Origin: an uncultured delta proteobacterium
GTDB lineage: Bacteria; Desulfobacterota; Syntrophia; Syntrophales; Smithellaceae
DNA length: 64,000 nt
Assembly: GCA_963811325.1 (NCBI GenBank)
Contig: CAWEQT010000001.1
Coordinates: forward strand, 1,624,294-1,688,293
Reading direction: 5' to 3'
Of this stretch, positions 16,601-26,050 are shown in pieces. Below the pieces are notes generated by a model. It saw nothing but the letters and a program-made list of their open reading frames with translations, made no database searches and was not told the origin of the DNA. Position 1 is the stretch's first letter; the number at the start of each line of letters is the position of its first letter. The translations under genes were made by a program, and so were the position numbers.

Positions 16601-16677
16601 TGGCGCGCCCGGTAGGATTCGAACCTACGACCAACAGATTCGAAGTCTGCGACTCTATCCAGCTGAGCTACGGGCGC
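16601..16677 (-). tRNA. tRNA-Arg(TCG)
   Basis: Manual cloverleaf: GCGCCCG / GCTC-AGCTGGATA-GAGT / GCAGA-CTTCGAA-TCTGT / TGGTC / GTAGG-TTCGAAT-CCTAC / CGGGCGC-G-CCA. Confidence 0.9.
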
Positions 16678-16689
16678 CTGATTTCCAAA

Positions 16690-16767
16690 TGGGGTGAGTG
16701 AAGGGATTCGAACCCTCGGCCTCCGGGGCCACAACCCGGCACTCTAACCAGCTGAGCTACACCCACC
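16690..16767 (-). tRNA. tRNA-His(GTG) with encoded G-1
   Basis: G-1 + GTGGGTG / GCTC-AGCTGGTTA-GAGT / CCGGG-TTGTGGC-CCCGG / AGGCC / GAGGG-TTCGAAT-CCCTT / CACTCAC-C-CCA. Confidence 0.9.
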
Positions 16768-16777
16768 ATTTTCGCCT

Positions 16778-16854
16778 TGGTGCGCCTGGAGGGATTCGAA
16801 CTCTCGGCCCACGGATTAGAAGTCCGTTGCTCTATCCAACTGAGCTACAGGCGC
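16778..16854 (-). tRNA. tRNA-Arg(TCT)
   Basis: GCGCCTG / GCTC-AGTTGGATA-GAGC / ACGGA-CTTCTAA-TCCGT / GGGCC / GAGAG-TTCGAAT-CCCTC (one A-C mismatch) / CAGGCGC-A-CCA. Confidence 0.85.
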
Positions 16855-17039
16855 ATATCTTTAACTTTCACGGCTTGGTTAAAAACCGCTTTATTTCAAC
16901 CGCTTTTTTAAACTATTTCTAAACCCGTAAATCTTGTACCAAAAAGAGATAGGCTAATATCCCCTCTTCCAATTTTTGTCAAGGTTAAAAGCTGTCAAAT
17001 ATTGTTTTTTTGTGTAGTTGCCATCTCTGAAAATTAAGT

Positions 17040-17150
17040 CTCTCCGCTATATGCCACGGAGAATCTTTGATTCTTAATGAAAAATATTATTCCGCATTCT
17101 CTCGTTTACCGCAAAGCTCGATGCGGGGAATGCACTTGCTTACGAATTCA
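17040..17150 (+). repeat. ~110-nt intergenic repeat, family 2, copy A
   Basis: Aligns along its length with 26878-26990: CTCTCCGC..GCCACGGA.AAT.TT.GATTCTTAA.GA...TAT.ATTC.GCATTC.C....TTA.CCGCA..AGCT..TG.GGAATG/TGC.CT.GCT..CGAATTCA. Contains several short hairpins. Confidence 0.7.
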
Positions 17151-17154
17151 TTTG

Positions 17155-18894
17155 TTATTTTACATAACCGGCAATGCCGTCGAACCGGTATTTTTTTTTA
17201 TTAATCTTTCCTCTCTGAATGTCCGTTGAATAGAAATAACCGCCTGTTTTAGAATTATACCAGCGGTAAAGTTCTCTGGTATTGGTCAACCTTGATGTCG
17301 CAATGTTGCCGATCGAACCTTCAAATATATATCCCCGCAGGTCTTTTTTCCCTCCCGCAAGATCATAATGGTAGAAATGGCTTTTTCTTTGCGGATTATA
17401 CCAACGGTAAAAACTTGTCGTTCCCGGAGTATCCGCATTAAAAAGCCGGAAAGCTATGCCTTCTTTTACGTAATTATTTTGCATTAATCTTTTTGCTTCT
17501 GACTGAGGATTAGCCGAGTAGAGATAATCCGTTCCATTGAAATATCTGAAGATATCAATTGCCTTTGCTATGCTGTCAGGAACCACTTCGGCAAATACTT
17601 CAACAACTGCTACACCGCCGTTTGTATTAAATATAATGTTATTCAGGTAATATCCCGGCGGCATTTGTGCCGTATTTAAAGAAACATTGATATAATTTGT
17701 TTGTCTGGTAATTGCGCCGGAATTAGGCATAATTTTTATACTGCCTTCAGGGAAATAAGACATGTTTTCTCCCAGTATTTTTACACCTTCAAATCCCAGA
17801 CGGTTATCTCTGCTGATTATCGTAAGTACATGGGGACCGTAAGCAATATCTCTGGCAATGAGCAATTCCTCTTTATGCTCTTTTAAATCTTTAAATAAAT
17901 CATTATTATCAATCAGACGTTTATCAAGGGATATGGACAGGTTGTCTTCTTCATGACCATTTAATAAATACAGAATTATTCCTGTCCCGTTGAAATGAAT
18001 CTTAATAAAATTTTCGCCCTCCGCGCCTGTCGGATAACCATCACTTTCCGTCCATTTACCCATTAATTCAAATGTTTCTTTTAAACGCCCGGGCACAATA
18101 TAAACTCCTCTTCCCCGTGCTTCCCCATTGGCAAATGATATGTATCTGCCCAGATTGAAGGGTTTGTCTTCAGCTACATGTTTTTGCACAGCAACCGACC
18201 ATGTCAGCATTTCCTTACCGCTGTTGGTTGCTATTATTTTTTTAGAAACAGTTTTATCCGGCAAGATACTGCCCATATCCAGCCTTACGGGATATAAATT
18301 AATCAAAGGAGATTTTTGCGTATAACCTATTATAAACGTGACAAATATTATTTTTTCTCCGTCCATGGAGTTAATTTTAACCGCTTCTTTATATATGCCG
18401 GGATGAAGTTCCTTGCGGCATGTAATTTTTCCTGCTCCGGTATCCAGTTTCATTTCCACATAATTATTTTGGGCATTTTTTTGTTTATCTTCATTCGGTG
18501 ATATTTCTTTAGGCAGTAAAAGAATTTCCACATGCAGGTAATCAGCATTATTTTTTAAAACACCCGATAGTTTCTGTTTATCTAAGTTTTCCCAGCCTTC
18601 CGGTCCGTCTGTCGACCAGTTAACGGCTTCGGCGCTGGTATTTTTAAACATGAAGCTTCCTTCACTGGAGGAGTTGTCGATGTTGATTGTTCCCAAATCA
18701 AGTTCCAGAGGAGTTATTGACTGTATATTCTTTGGTTTTCCTGTATCCTTGCTTGCTGATTTTTTAGCAATTATATTAACAACAGTTTGATTCTGTTCCG
18801 GATTTATACTATTTTCAGCGAAAGTGATAAAAGGATAAATAATCAGCGCGATAATAATAAAGATAAAATAATTCTTTATCTTCGACATAAACAC
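17155..18894 (-). CDS. secreted protein with C-terminal DUF5648-type repeats
   Basis: N-terminal signal/TM (YFIFIIIALIIYPFITFA). The C-terminus has repeated units FYRWYNP....HFYH.D....K..RGY.FEG and LYRWYNSKTGGYFYSTD...G.....YRFDGIAGYV. Confidence 0.75.
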   Translation of the reverse strand: MFMSKIKNYFIFIIIALIIYPFITFAENSINPEQNQTVVNIIAKKSASKDTGKPKNIQSITPLELDLGTINIDNSSSEGSFMFKNTSAEAVNWSTDGPEGWENLDKQKLSGVLKNNADYLHVEILLLPKEISPNEDKQKNAQNNYVEMKLDTGAGKITCRKELHPGIYKEAVKINSMDGEKIIFVTFIIGYTQKSPLINLYPVRLDMGSILPDKTVSKKIIATNSGKEMLTWSVAVQKHVAEDKPFNLGRYISFANGEARGRGVYIVPGRLKETFELMGKWTESDGYPTGAEGENFIKIHFNGTGIILYLLNGHEEDNLSISLDKRLIDNNDLFKDLKEHKEELLIARDIAYGPHVLTIISRDNRLGFEGVKILGENMSYFPEGSIKIMPNSGAITRQTNYINVSLNTAQMPPGYYLNNIIFNTNGGVAVVEVFAEVVPDSIAKAIDIFRYFNGTDYLYSANPQSEAKRLMQNNYVKEGIAFRLFNADTPGTTSFYRWYNPQRKSHFYHYDLAGGKKDLRGYIFEGSIGNIATSRLTNTRELYRWYNSKTGGYFYSTDIQRGKINKKKYRFDGIAGYVK

Positions 18895-19095
18895 CCCTTA
18901 AAAATATTGATGGATTCCTATCTCAAAGCTTTGAATTAAGCAACTATTTAAATCTCTTTTTTCTGTGCAACAGCGAACTGTCTCGTTTAAAAAACTTGAC
19001 ACGCTCCGCAAACAATATATAGCTTCTCCCTAATTTTTCGTAAAAACCAAATACCTTGGTCTGAGTTTACTGATTTAGCTACTCATAATGTAATT

Positions 19096-20220
19096 ATGAA
19101 TTACGATGTTTTAAAATACTGGATCGCGCTAAAATCTATCCCGGGCATCGGAAATGTTAATTTTCCGGCCTTAGTAGATAAGTTTGGTTCTCTACCCGCT
19201 ATTTTTGCAGCGCCCGTTTTACATTTAAAAGAAACAGCGGGAATTTCCAAAAAAATTGCCACATTAATTACAAGTTTTAAAGATTGGGATAAAGTTAAAA
19301 AAGAACTTGAACTTCTTGATAAAAACAAAGTTAATATAATTACTTATCAAGATGAGCTTTATCCCCATAAGCTCCTGAATATTTACGATCGTCCTCCTTT
19401 TATTTATGTTCGGGGTAATCTGAATAAAAATGACATAAATATTGCCATAGTCGGTTCCAGACTGGCCAGCACTTATGGCAAATATACAACCGAAAGAATC
19501 AGCCGCGAACTTGCCCTTAAAGGTTTAACTGTAGTCAGCGGCATGGCCAGGGGTATTGATTCCGCGGCACACCGTGGAGCCATAGCCGCGCATGGCAAGA
19601 CTATCGCCATTCTGGGCAGTGGACTGGACGTTATTTATCCTCCGGAAAACAAAAAATTGTTTGCCGATATTATTCAAAATGGCTCCGTTATTTCTGAATT
19701 TCCTTTAGGCACCCCGCCACGCTCAGCTAATTTTCCAACGCGTAATCGCATTATCAGTGGTCTGTCCTATGGGGTTGTAATAGTGGAAGCAGGAGAAAAA
19801 AGCGGCTCGCTGATTACAGCCAGACTCGCTTTGGAACAGGGGCGGGAAGTCTTCGCTGTGCCCGGAAGTATTGATGCCGCAGGTTCGCGCGGCACAAACA
19901 AGTTGATTAAACAGGGTGCGAAATTAATAGAGAATATCGATGATATCCTGGAAGAAATTTTACCCCAGATAGAAATAAACACCTCATTAAAGCCTGTTTT
20001 TATATCAAACACCGAAGAGATTGTAAAGGAACATACCGAAATATTAAATGGGGTTGATCAAAAAATAATTGATTTTGTTTCCAAAAGCCGCATTCATGTT
20101 GATGATTTGATTTTTTCTACCGGCTTATCATCCACCGATATTCTAAGCGCATTAACGACAATGGAATTAAAAGGAATTGTTCAGCAGTATCCGGGAAAAT
20201 TTTTCTCCTTGAAGAAATGA
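19096..20220 (+). CDS. dprA: DNA-processing protein DprA (SMF family)
   Basis: IAIVGSRLASTYG, GMARGIDSAAHRGA and GSLITARLALEQGREVFAVPG core, plus a C-terminal winged-helix-like tail. Confidence 0.9.
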   Translation: MNYDVLKYWIALKSIPGIGNVNFPALVDKFGSLPAIFAAPVLHLKETAGISKKIATLITSFKDWDKVKKELELLDKNKVNIITYQDELYPHKLLNIYDRPPFIYVRGNLNKNDINIAIVGSRLASTYGKYTTERISRELALKGLTVVSGMARGIDSAAHRGAIAAHGKTIAILGSGLDVIYPPENKKLFADIIQNGSVISEFPLGTPPRSANFPTRNRIISGLSYGVVIVEAGEKSGSLITARLALEQGREVFAVPGSIDAAGSRGTNKLIKQGAKLIENIDDILEEILPQIEINTSLKPVFISNTEEIVKEHTEILNGVDQKIIDFVSKSRIHVDDLIFSTGLSSTDILSALTTMELKGIVQQYPGKFFSLKK

Positions 20221-20240
20221 TTGATATAAATAAATGTTAG

Positions 20241-20417
20241 GTGAAGCACAACGCAATATATTGCGAATTTTTTACGGTGTCATTAATAAATATATTCTTA
20301 CAAAATCAGGCTCGTAGGCTTCATAGACTACCCCGGCGAAGGCCGGTGAAAGATGAAGCCTAACGCAGCATATTGTGAATTTTTACGGCGTCATTAATAA
20401 AATAAATCTTTACAAAT
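20241..20417. repeat. two ~65-bp direct repeats separated by a hairpin, in the dprA-topA intergenic region
   Basis: Unit 1 (20241-20306) and unit 2 (20352-20417) share GAAGC..AACGCA..ATATTG.GAATTTTTACGG.GTCATTAATAAA...A..CTTTACAAA. Between them, AGGCTTCAT...ATGAAGCCT encloses CCGGC-GAAG-GCCGG. Unit 1 contains the perfect palindrome CGCAATATATTGCG. Confidence 0.6.
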
Positions 20418-20479
20418 TGATTTCTTCCCTTTATAGGGGCAAAAAATTAACCTTATCTTTAAATGCATAGGAAGTGTTT

Positions 20480-22756
20480 ATGGCGAGTTCATTGATTATT
20501 GTTGAATCTCCAACAAAAGTTAAAACTATTAAAAAATTTCTCGGAGCTGATTTTAATGCTGTGGCTTCGGTAGGACATATTAAAGATTTGCCGAAAAGCA
20601 CATTGGGTATTGATCTGGGAAAAGATTTCGAACCAACTTATATTGTAATCGAAACAAAAAAGAAAACTATTGATGATCTGAAAAAAGCGGCGAAAAACGC
20701 GAAAAATATTTATCTTGCTCCCGATCCTGATCGCGAAGGCGAAGCAATTGCCTGGCATATCTCGGAAGTGATCGACACCAAAAACAAAAATATTTATCGT
20801 GTTCTGTTTAACGATTTAACTAAAAATACCGTAATAGAAGCTATCAAAAATCCTCTTAAACTGGATTTCAACAAATATGAGGCACAGCAGACAAGGCGTA
20901 TTCTTGATCGTCTGGTCGGCTATCAGATCAGCCCTGTTTTGTGGGATAAAGTCAAAAGAGGCCTGAGCGCCGGACGCGTGCAGTCAGTAGCCGTACGGAT
21001 GATTTGTGACAGGGAAGAAGAGATAAACAAATTCGTACCAGAAGAATACTGGAATCTGGTGGCGCAATTTGAAGGCAGTCATCCGCCCCCCTTCGAAGCG
21101 AAACTTATTAAGGTAGACGGCAAAAAAGCAAAAGTGATAAACGGTGAACAGGCTCAGAGACTTGTCGCTAAAATCAGGGAAGCCGGTTTCATAGTTGAGA
21201 AACTGGACAAAAAAGAAGTGAAACGCACGGCGCCGCCGCCCTTTACCACAAGTAAATTGCAGCAGGAAGCCTCTCGCTGGCTTAGATTTTCGGCAAAGAA
21301 AACCATGAGCGTCGCCCAAAAACTCTATGAAGGCATTGAACTGGGTAAAGAAGGTTCCGTTGGTCTTATCACATATATGAGAACCGATTCTTACCGGATA
21401 GCCGAAGAAGCCCTCAACGAGGTGCGGGATTACATCAAGGAAAATTATTCATCAGATTATCTGCCACATAGGTCTCATTTTTACAAAAACGCGCAAAAAA
21501 CGCAAGATGCCCATGAAGCGGTTCGTCCCTCGAAAATGGCTTACAGACCGCAGGATATCAAACAATACCTGTCCGCCGATGAATTCAAACTTTACCAGCT
21601 CATCTGGAATCGCTTTGTCGCCAGCCAGATGAATCCGGCAATTCTTGATCAAACTACCATTGACATAGCAGGCGCTGATTGCCTGTTCCGCGCTCAGGGG
21701 CAGGTAATGAAATTCCCCGGCTTTACGATTGTCTACACCGAAGGCAAAGACGATAAAGAAGAAGAAAACGGTGACGATAAGCTTCTGCCGGAAGTCAGGG
21801 AGAAAGAAAAATTAAAACTCCTCAAACTGAATACTGAACAAAAATTCACGCAGCCACCGCCGCGTTTTTCGGAAGCGTCACTGGTACGCGAACTCGAGGA
21901 AAAAGGCATCGGCCGCCCCAGCACTTATGCCGCCATTATCTCCACTATTCAGGATCGTGAATACGTCCGCATGGAGAAGGCTAAATTTTATCCTTCTGAA
22001 TTGGGAATGATTGTTACCCAACTTCTGGTAAAAAGTTTCCCGACTATTCTGGACCTCACTTTTACCGCGGATATGGAGAACAAACTTGACGCTATCGAAA
22101 ACGGCGAGCGTAAAAGGGTGGATACTCTAAGGGAGTTCTACGTGCCTTTCTCCGAAGAACTAAAAAAAGCCAAGACCGAAATGAAAGATATAAAACGGGA
22201 AGCAGAACCGACAGACCTTACGTGCGAAAAATGCGGCTCTCCCATGATCATCAAGTGGGGACGCAATGGAAAATTTGTTGCCTGTTCCAATTATCCCGAA
22301 TGTAAAAATACCATGAATATCAAACGGGACGAGAACGGCGAACTGGCCAAAGAAGAAATGGAATACTCCGATCAGGTCTGCGAAAAATGCGGCAAGCGGA
22401 TGGTTTACAAATGGGGACGTTTCGGCAGGTTTCTCGGCTGTGAATCTTATCCTGCATGCAAGAGCACCAAAGCGATTACGATGGGTGTGAAATGTCCGGA
22501 GAAAGGATGCGAAGGTTCTTTAACCGAAAAAAGAACAAAAAAAGGAAAAGCCTTCTATGGCTGCACTAATTATCCAACGTGCACTTTTGCCAGCTGGGAT
22601 AAACCGCTTCAGGAAGCCTGTCCGAATTGCGGCTACCCGTTCCTTGTGGAAAAATATTCCCGCGGAAAAGGAGCTTACAGGTCTTGCCCCAATAAAGAAT
22701 GCGGATATAAGAGCGATATTATAACCCCGTCAACACCGGTTCCCGAAAAAGATTGA
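20480..22756 (+). CDS. topA: DNA topoisomerase I
   Basis: TOPRIM N-terminus LIIVESPTKVKTIKKFLG, catalytic region GLITYMRTDS, four C-terminal CxxC...CxxC zinc ribbons. Start taken at the ATG (MASSLII) after AGGAAG; the ORF opens at 20474. Confidence 0.95.
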   Translation: MASSLIIVESPTKVKTIKKFLGADFNAVASVGHIKDLPKSTLGIDLGKDFEPTYIVIETKKKTIDDLKKAAKNAKNIYLAPDPDREGEAIAWHISEVIDTKNKNIYRVLFNDLTKNTVIEAIKNPLKLDFNKYEAQQTRRILDRLVGYQISPVLWDKVKRGLSAGRVQSVAVRMICDREEEINKFVPEEYWNLVAQFEGSHPPPFEAKLIKVDGKKAKVINGEQAQRLVAKIREAGFIVEKLDKKEVKRTAPPPFTTSKLQQEASRWLRFSAKKTMSVAQKLYEGIELGKEGSVGLITYMRTDSYRIAEEALNEVRDYIKENYSSDYLPHRSHFYKNAQKTQDAHEAVRPSKMAYRPQDIKQYLSADEFKLYQLIWNRFVASQMNPAILDQTTIDIAGADCLFRAQGQVMKFPGFTIVYTEGKDDKEEENGDDKLLPEVREKEKLKLLKLNTEQKFTQPPPRFSEASLVRELEEKGIGRPSTYAAIISTIQDREYVRMEKAKFYPSELGMIVTQLLVKSFPTILDLTFTADMENKLDAIENGERKRVDTLREFYVPFSEELKKAKTEMKDIKREAEPTDLTCEKCGSPMIIKWGRNGKFVACSNYPECKNTMNIKRDENGELAKEEMEYSDQVCEKCGKRMVYKWGRFGRFLGCESYPACKSTKAITMGVKCPEKGCEGSLTEKRTKKGKAFYGCTNYPTCTFASWDKPLQEACPNCGYPFLVEKYSRGKGAYRSCPNKECGYKSDIITPSTPVPEKD

Positions 22757-22762
22757 CAAATA

Positions 22763-24088
22763 ATGCTTAAAAACAATCCCGTAATTATCGTTGGCGGCGG
22801 ACTTGCCGGCTGTGAAGCGGCATGGCAACTCTTGCGGCGAGGCCACGCAGTTCATCTATATGAAATGAAGCCGCAAAAATTTTCTCCCGCCCATAAAATG
22901 GAAAATCTGGCGGAACTGGTTTGCAGCAATTCTCTCAAATCCAACAGCCTCGACAATGCTCCCGGATTACTTAAAGCAGAAATGCGTCGCCTCCACTCAT
23001 TGATCATAATGGCGGCGGATAACACGCAGGTTGCCGCGGGTTCTGCTCTGGCCGTTGATCGCATTGAATTTGCCCGGAAAGTGGAAGCTCAACTACAATC
23101 TCAAAAGAACTTTACTCTTAACCGGGTTGAAGTTACAGAGATTCCGAAAGATCCATTAACAATAATCGCTACAGGGCCGCTCACTTCCGACGCAATAGCT
23201 AAAGAAATAGCCCGGATGCTAAACAACTCTTATTTATATTTTTATGATGCCATAGCTCCTATAATAGAAGCTGACTCCATTGATATGGACAAGGTCTTTT
23301 GGGCGTCACGATATGACAGGGGAACGCCCGATTATCTAAACTGTCCGCTTAGTCGGGAAGAATATGAACTCTTCCGTAAGGAATTGCTCTCTGGAGAAAA
23401 GGTTGCAGCCAAAGCTTTTGAAGAAGTCCATCATTTTGAAAGCTGTCTACCTATAGAAGTGCTGGCCTCGCGCGGCAAAAATAGTCTGGCTTTCGGACCC
23501 ATGAAACCGGTAGGTCTTATCAATCCCAAAACAGGATCTATTGCTTATGCTGTAGTTCAATTGCGCCGGGAAAATTCGGTCGGCACTCTTTTTAATCTGG
23601 TCGGATTTCAAACAAAACTGACATGGCCGGAGCAGCGGCGCATCTTTCGTCTTATTCCCGGTCTCGAAAACGCTCAATTTGCCCGTTTCGGCAGCATCCA
23701 TCGCAATACCTATATTCATTCCCCTTCCCTGCTACTGCCTTCCCTGCAACTTAAAAATAATAAAAATATTTTCTTTGCTGGTCAGATTACCGGTGTTGAA
23801 GGATACACTGAATCGGCAGCAATGGGATGCTTGGCCGGATTAAATGCCGCCTTTATTATGGAAGAAAAGAAACTACAACCTCCGCCCGTCAAAACCGCCA
23901 TCGGGGCGCTACTCCATTATATTGTTTCCGCTGAATCTGCTGATCGCTTTCAGCCTATGAATATTAATTTTGGTTTACTGGAAACATTTCCCGCGAAAAA
24001 AATGAAAAAGAAAGAAAAGAATATTATTATTGTAAATCAAGCGTTGAAATATTTGAACGACTGGACTGAAAGTCAAAATCTGGATTAA
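22763..24088 (+). CDS. trmFO: methylenetetrahydrofolate-tRNA-(uracil-5)-methyltransferase TrmFO (Gid)
   Basis: FAD-binding VIIVGGGLAGCEAAWQL, family-typical length and internal motifs. The conserved dprA-topA-trmFO gene order is present. Confidence 0.9.
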   Translation: MLKNNPVIIVGGGLAGCEAAWQLLRRGHAVHLYEMKPQKFSPAHKMENLAELVCSNSLKSNSLDNAPGLLKAEMRRLHSLIIMAADNTQVAAGSALAVDRIEFARKVEAQLQSQKNFTLNRVEVTEIPKDPLTIIATGPLTSDAIAKEIARMLNNSYLYFYDAIAPIIEADSIDMDKVFWASRYDRGTPDYLNCPLSREEYELFRKELLSGEKVAAKAFEEVHHFESCLPIEVLASRGKNSLAFGPMKPVGLINPKTGSIAYAVVQLRRENSVGTLFNLVGFQTKLTWPEQRRIFRLIPGLENAQFARFGSIHRNTYIHSPSLLLPSLQLKNNKNIFFAGQITGVEGYTESAAMGCLAGLNAAFIMEEKKLQPPPVKTAIGALLHYIVSAESADRFQPMNINFGLLETFPAKKMKKKEKNIIIVNQALKYLNDWTESQNLD

Positions 24089-24216
24089 TACCCTGCATAT
24101 ATATTCTATTGACACAAAAAATTACTTCTCTTATACTTCAATCATTTAAAAGAAAGTTTTTATCAAATGACAGCTTTGTTAAACTATTACATATTTCAAG
24201 AATAAGGAGAATTTAA

Positions 24217-24957
24217 ATGGTAGAACAAATAATAGAGGATTCGCTTGTACTCATAAAACCGGATGCTCTCAAGAATTCATTAACCGGATATATACTTTCG
24301 CAATTGTCTGAATTCCATACGGGACTGCGTTTCGCGGCTCTGAAAGTTGTTTGTGTGAATCTGGCACTGGCCGAAGAACACTATGCGGAGCATAAAGGCA
24401 AATTTTTCTACCCATCACTTCTGGAATATATCAGGGGTTATCTTCATTATCCCGATCAACCTCAGAAACGCAGGGTTATCGCAATATTGTATAGGGGACC
24501 CAACGCCATCAAACTTATTCGGGAAATCTGCGGGAATACTAATCCGCACGAGGCAAGGCAGCAAAGGCCCGGTTGCATTCGTGCGTTGGGAACAGTAATT
24601 CCACTGTATGATAAAAAAGGGAAATTTATTGGAGAAAGATCAGATAATCTTATTCACGCCTCCGCCAATCCCTCGGACGCGTACAGGGAAGTCAAACTCT
24701 GGTTCCTTCCCGCTGATATCCCGCCACTTATGCGCAGTTTTCCCACGGTAATAAGCAAAGATTATTTTTATTATAAAAACAATGCCATAAGCTCAACCTA
24801 TACATCGGGAAGTTTCTGCTTCATCTCGCCTGGGAATATAGTCTGGAAATCTGACATGAAAGTTCTGCGGCAATTAGAAAAAGGCAAAAAGCAGGACTAC
24901 TCGACAAATGCAGTAATTGCCAAATACTTAATTAACAATGAAAAGGAGAAAAGTTAA
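24217..24957 (+). CDS. nucleoside-diphosphate-kinase-like protein with inserts and a ~90-aa C-terminal extension
   Basis: NDK core: LVLIKPDA, AEEHYAEHKGKFFYPSLLEYI, GNTNP, NLIHASANPSDAYREVKLWF (active-site His retained). At 246 aa it is much longer than a canonical ~140-150 aa NDK. A consensus promoter lies at 24109-24137 (TTGACA-17-TATACT). Confidence 0.7.
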   Translation: MVEQIIEDSLVLIKPDALKNSLTGYILSQLSEFHTGLRFAALKVVCVNLALAEEHYAEHKGKFFYPSLLEYIRGYLHYPDQPQKRRVIAILYRGPNAIKLIREICGNTNPHEARQQRPGCIRALGTVIPLYDKKGKFIGERSDNLIHASANPSDAYREVKLWFLPADIPPLMRSFPTVISKDYFYYKNNAISSTYTSGSFCFISPGNIVWKSDMKVLRQLEKGKKQDYSTNAVIAKYLINNEKEKS

Positions 24958-25365
24958 TTTTTTTCTCATAGAAAATTAACTCCTTCATTCAATATTCGCG
25001 TTATATTTTCACTACCGGAAACTCAAATACTGCATAAACATACTCATCAATATTTTAAATTACAAATACTAAAAACAAACAAATTTATATTCGTTAAGAA
25101 TTATTTGTTAAGGCGATCCTGCTATATTTTATTTTAATAATTTTTTTGGCCTGGTGTAAGATTAACCAAAACATAAAATCACCCCTATGTATCAATTTTC
25201 ACTCTGGCAATGCAGCTAGTCTCAAAAATTAAACAATTTGCTTTTTGCTTGCTAATGTAATAAATTTTTACTTAAAGCACTAATGTAAAATGGAGTTATA
25301 CTGTTTAAGACTCCAATTATGTAAAGTAATTTTGTATCAGTATTTTTTAGTTTAGGAAAACTCTT

Positions 25366-26037
25366 GTGTGTCAAAAAATAATCATAGTAAGCGGCGGCGG
25401 CTTGGATGACCCTGTATTTTTTCATAAAAAAATTAAGGAGATGGAAGACGTCATGATAATCTGCTGTGACGGAGGAGCGCGTCACTTCCGGAATTCAGCA
25501 ATTAAGCCGGATGTAATCATCGGCGATATGGATTCCATTGATACCGATCAACTGGCGGATTATTCCGCCCAAAACATAAAAATCATAAAACATCCGCCGA
25601 ACAAGGATTTTTCCGATACGGAACTGGCGCTCGATTACGCGCTGAATTTAAAACCACAGGAAATATTTATCTGGTGTGCTCTGGGCGGAAGAATCGATCA
25701 CACCCTGGCCAATGTTTTCCTGCTTTGCAGGGGACAGGAAAAGGGGATCAGGATATTTATGGTTGACGAGTATTGTGAGGCTTTTGTACTGGATAAAAAA
25801 GCTTCCTTTATGAATGAAAAAGGGAAAACGGTTTCTCTTCTGGCGCTGACTCATGAAGTTAAGGGAATAACTCTCGCGGGATTTCTTTATCCCCTGAAAA
25901 ACAGCACCCTGAAAATGGGCGAATCCCGCGGCCTAAGCAATGTCATTAATGATGCCCGCGCCGTTATCAGTGCCGCCAACGGAAAACTTCTTGTCGTCAG
26001 ATACCGTCAGAAGAATTCTTTTCCCGAGGCGGAGTGA
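25366..26037 (+). CDS. thiamine pyrophosphokinase
   Basis: IIIVSGGG..., CCDGGA, DVIIGDMDSI and FSDTELAL motifs. GTG start. Confidence 0.8.
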   Translation: MCQKIIIVSGGGLDDPVFFHKKIKEMEDVMIICCDGGARHFRNSAIKPDVIIGDMDSIDTDQLADYSAQNIKIIKHPPNKDFSDTELALDYALNLKPQEIFIWCALGGRIDHTLANVFLLCRGQEKGIRIFMVDEYCEAFVLDKKASFMNEKGKTVSLLALTHEVKGITLAGFLYPLKNSTLKMGESRGLSNVINDARAVISAANGKLLVVRYRQKNSFPEAE

Positions 26038-26050
26038 TTGCGGAGTGATT

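Larger units (their letters stand above)
11335..16631. mobile_element. integrative element B (~5.3 kb) inserted in the 3' end of tRNA-Arg(TCG); RHH-HUH Rep-integrase backbone with HigBA and three unknown cargo genes
   Basis: Bounded by a 25-bp perfect direct repeat (11341-11365 = 16607-16631) within a 31-bp imperfect copy of the tRNA-Arg 3' end. The integrase abuts the intact tRNA. GTTAGAAG tandem repeats occur at both ends. Confidence 0.8.

Noticed and set aside
16698-16922. 74-aa ORF across the tRNA-His/tRNA-Arg genes
   Set aside because: It is an antisense translation of two tRNA genes (…GFEPSASG…GIRTLGP… are T-arm translations), not a protein.
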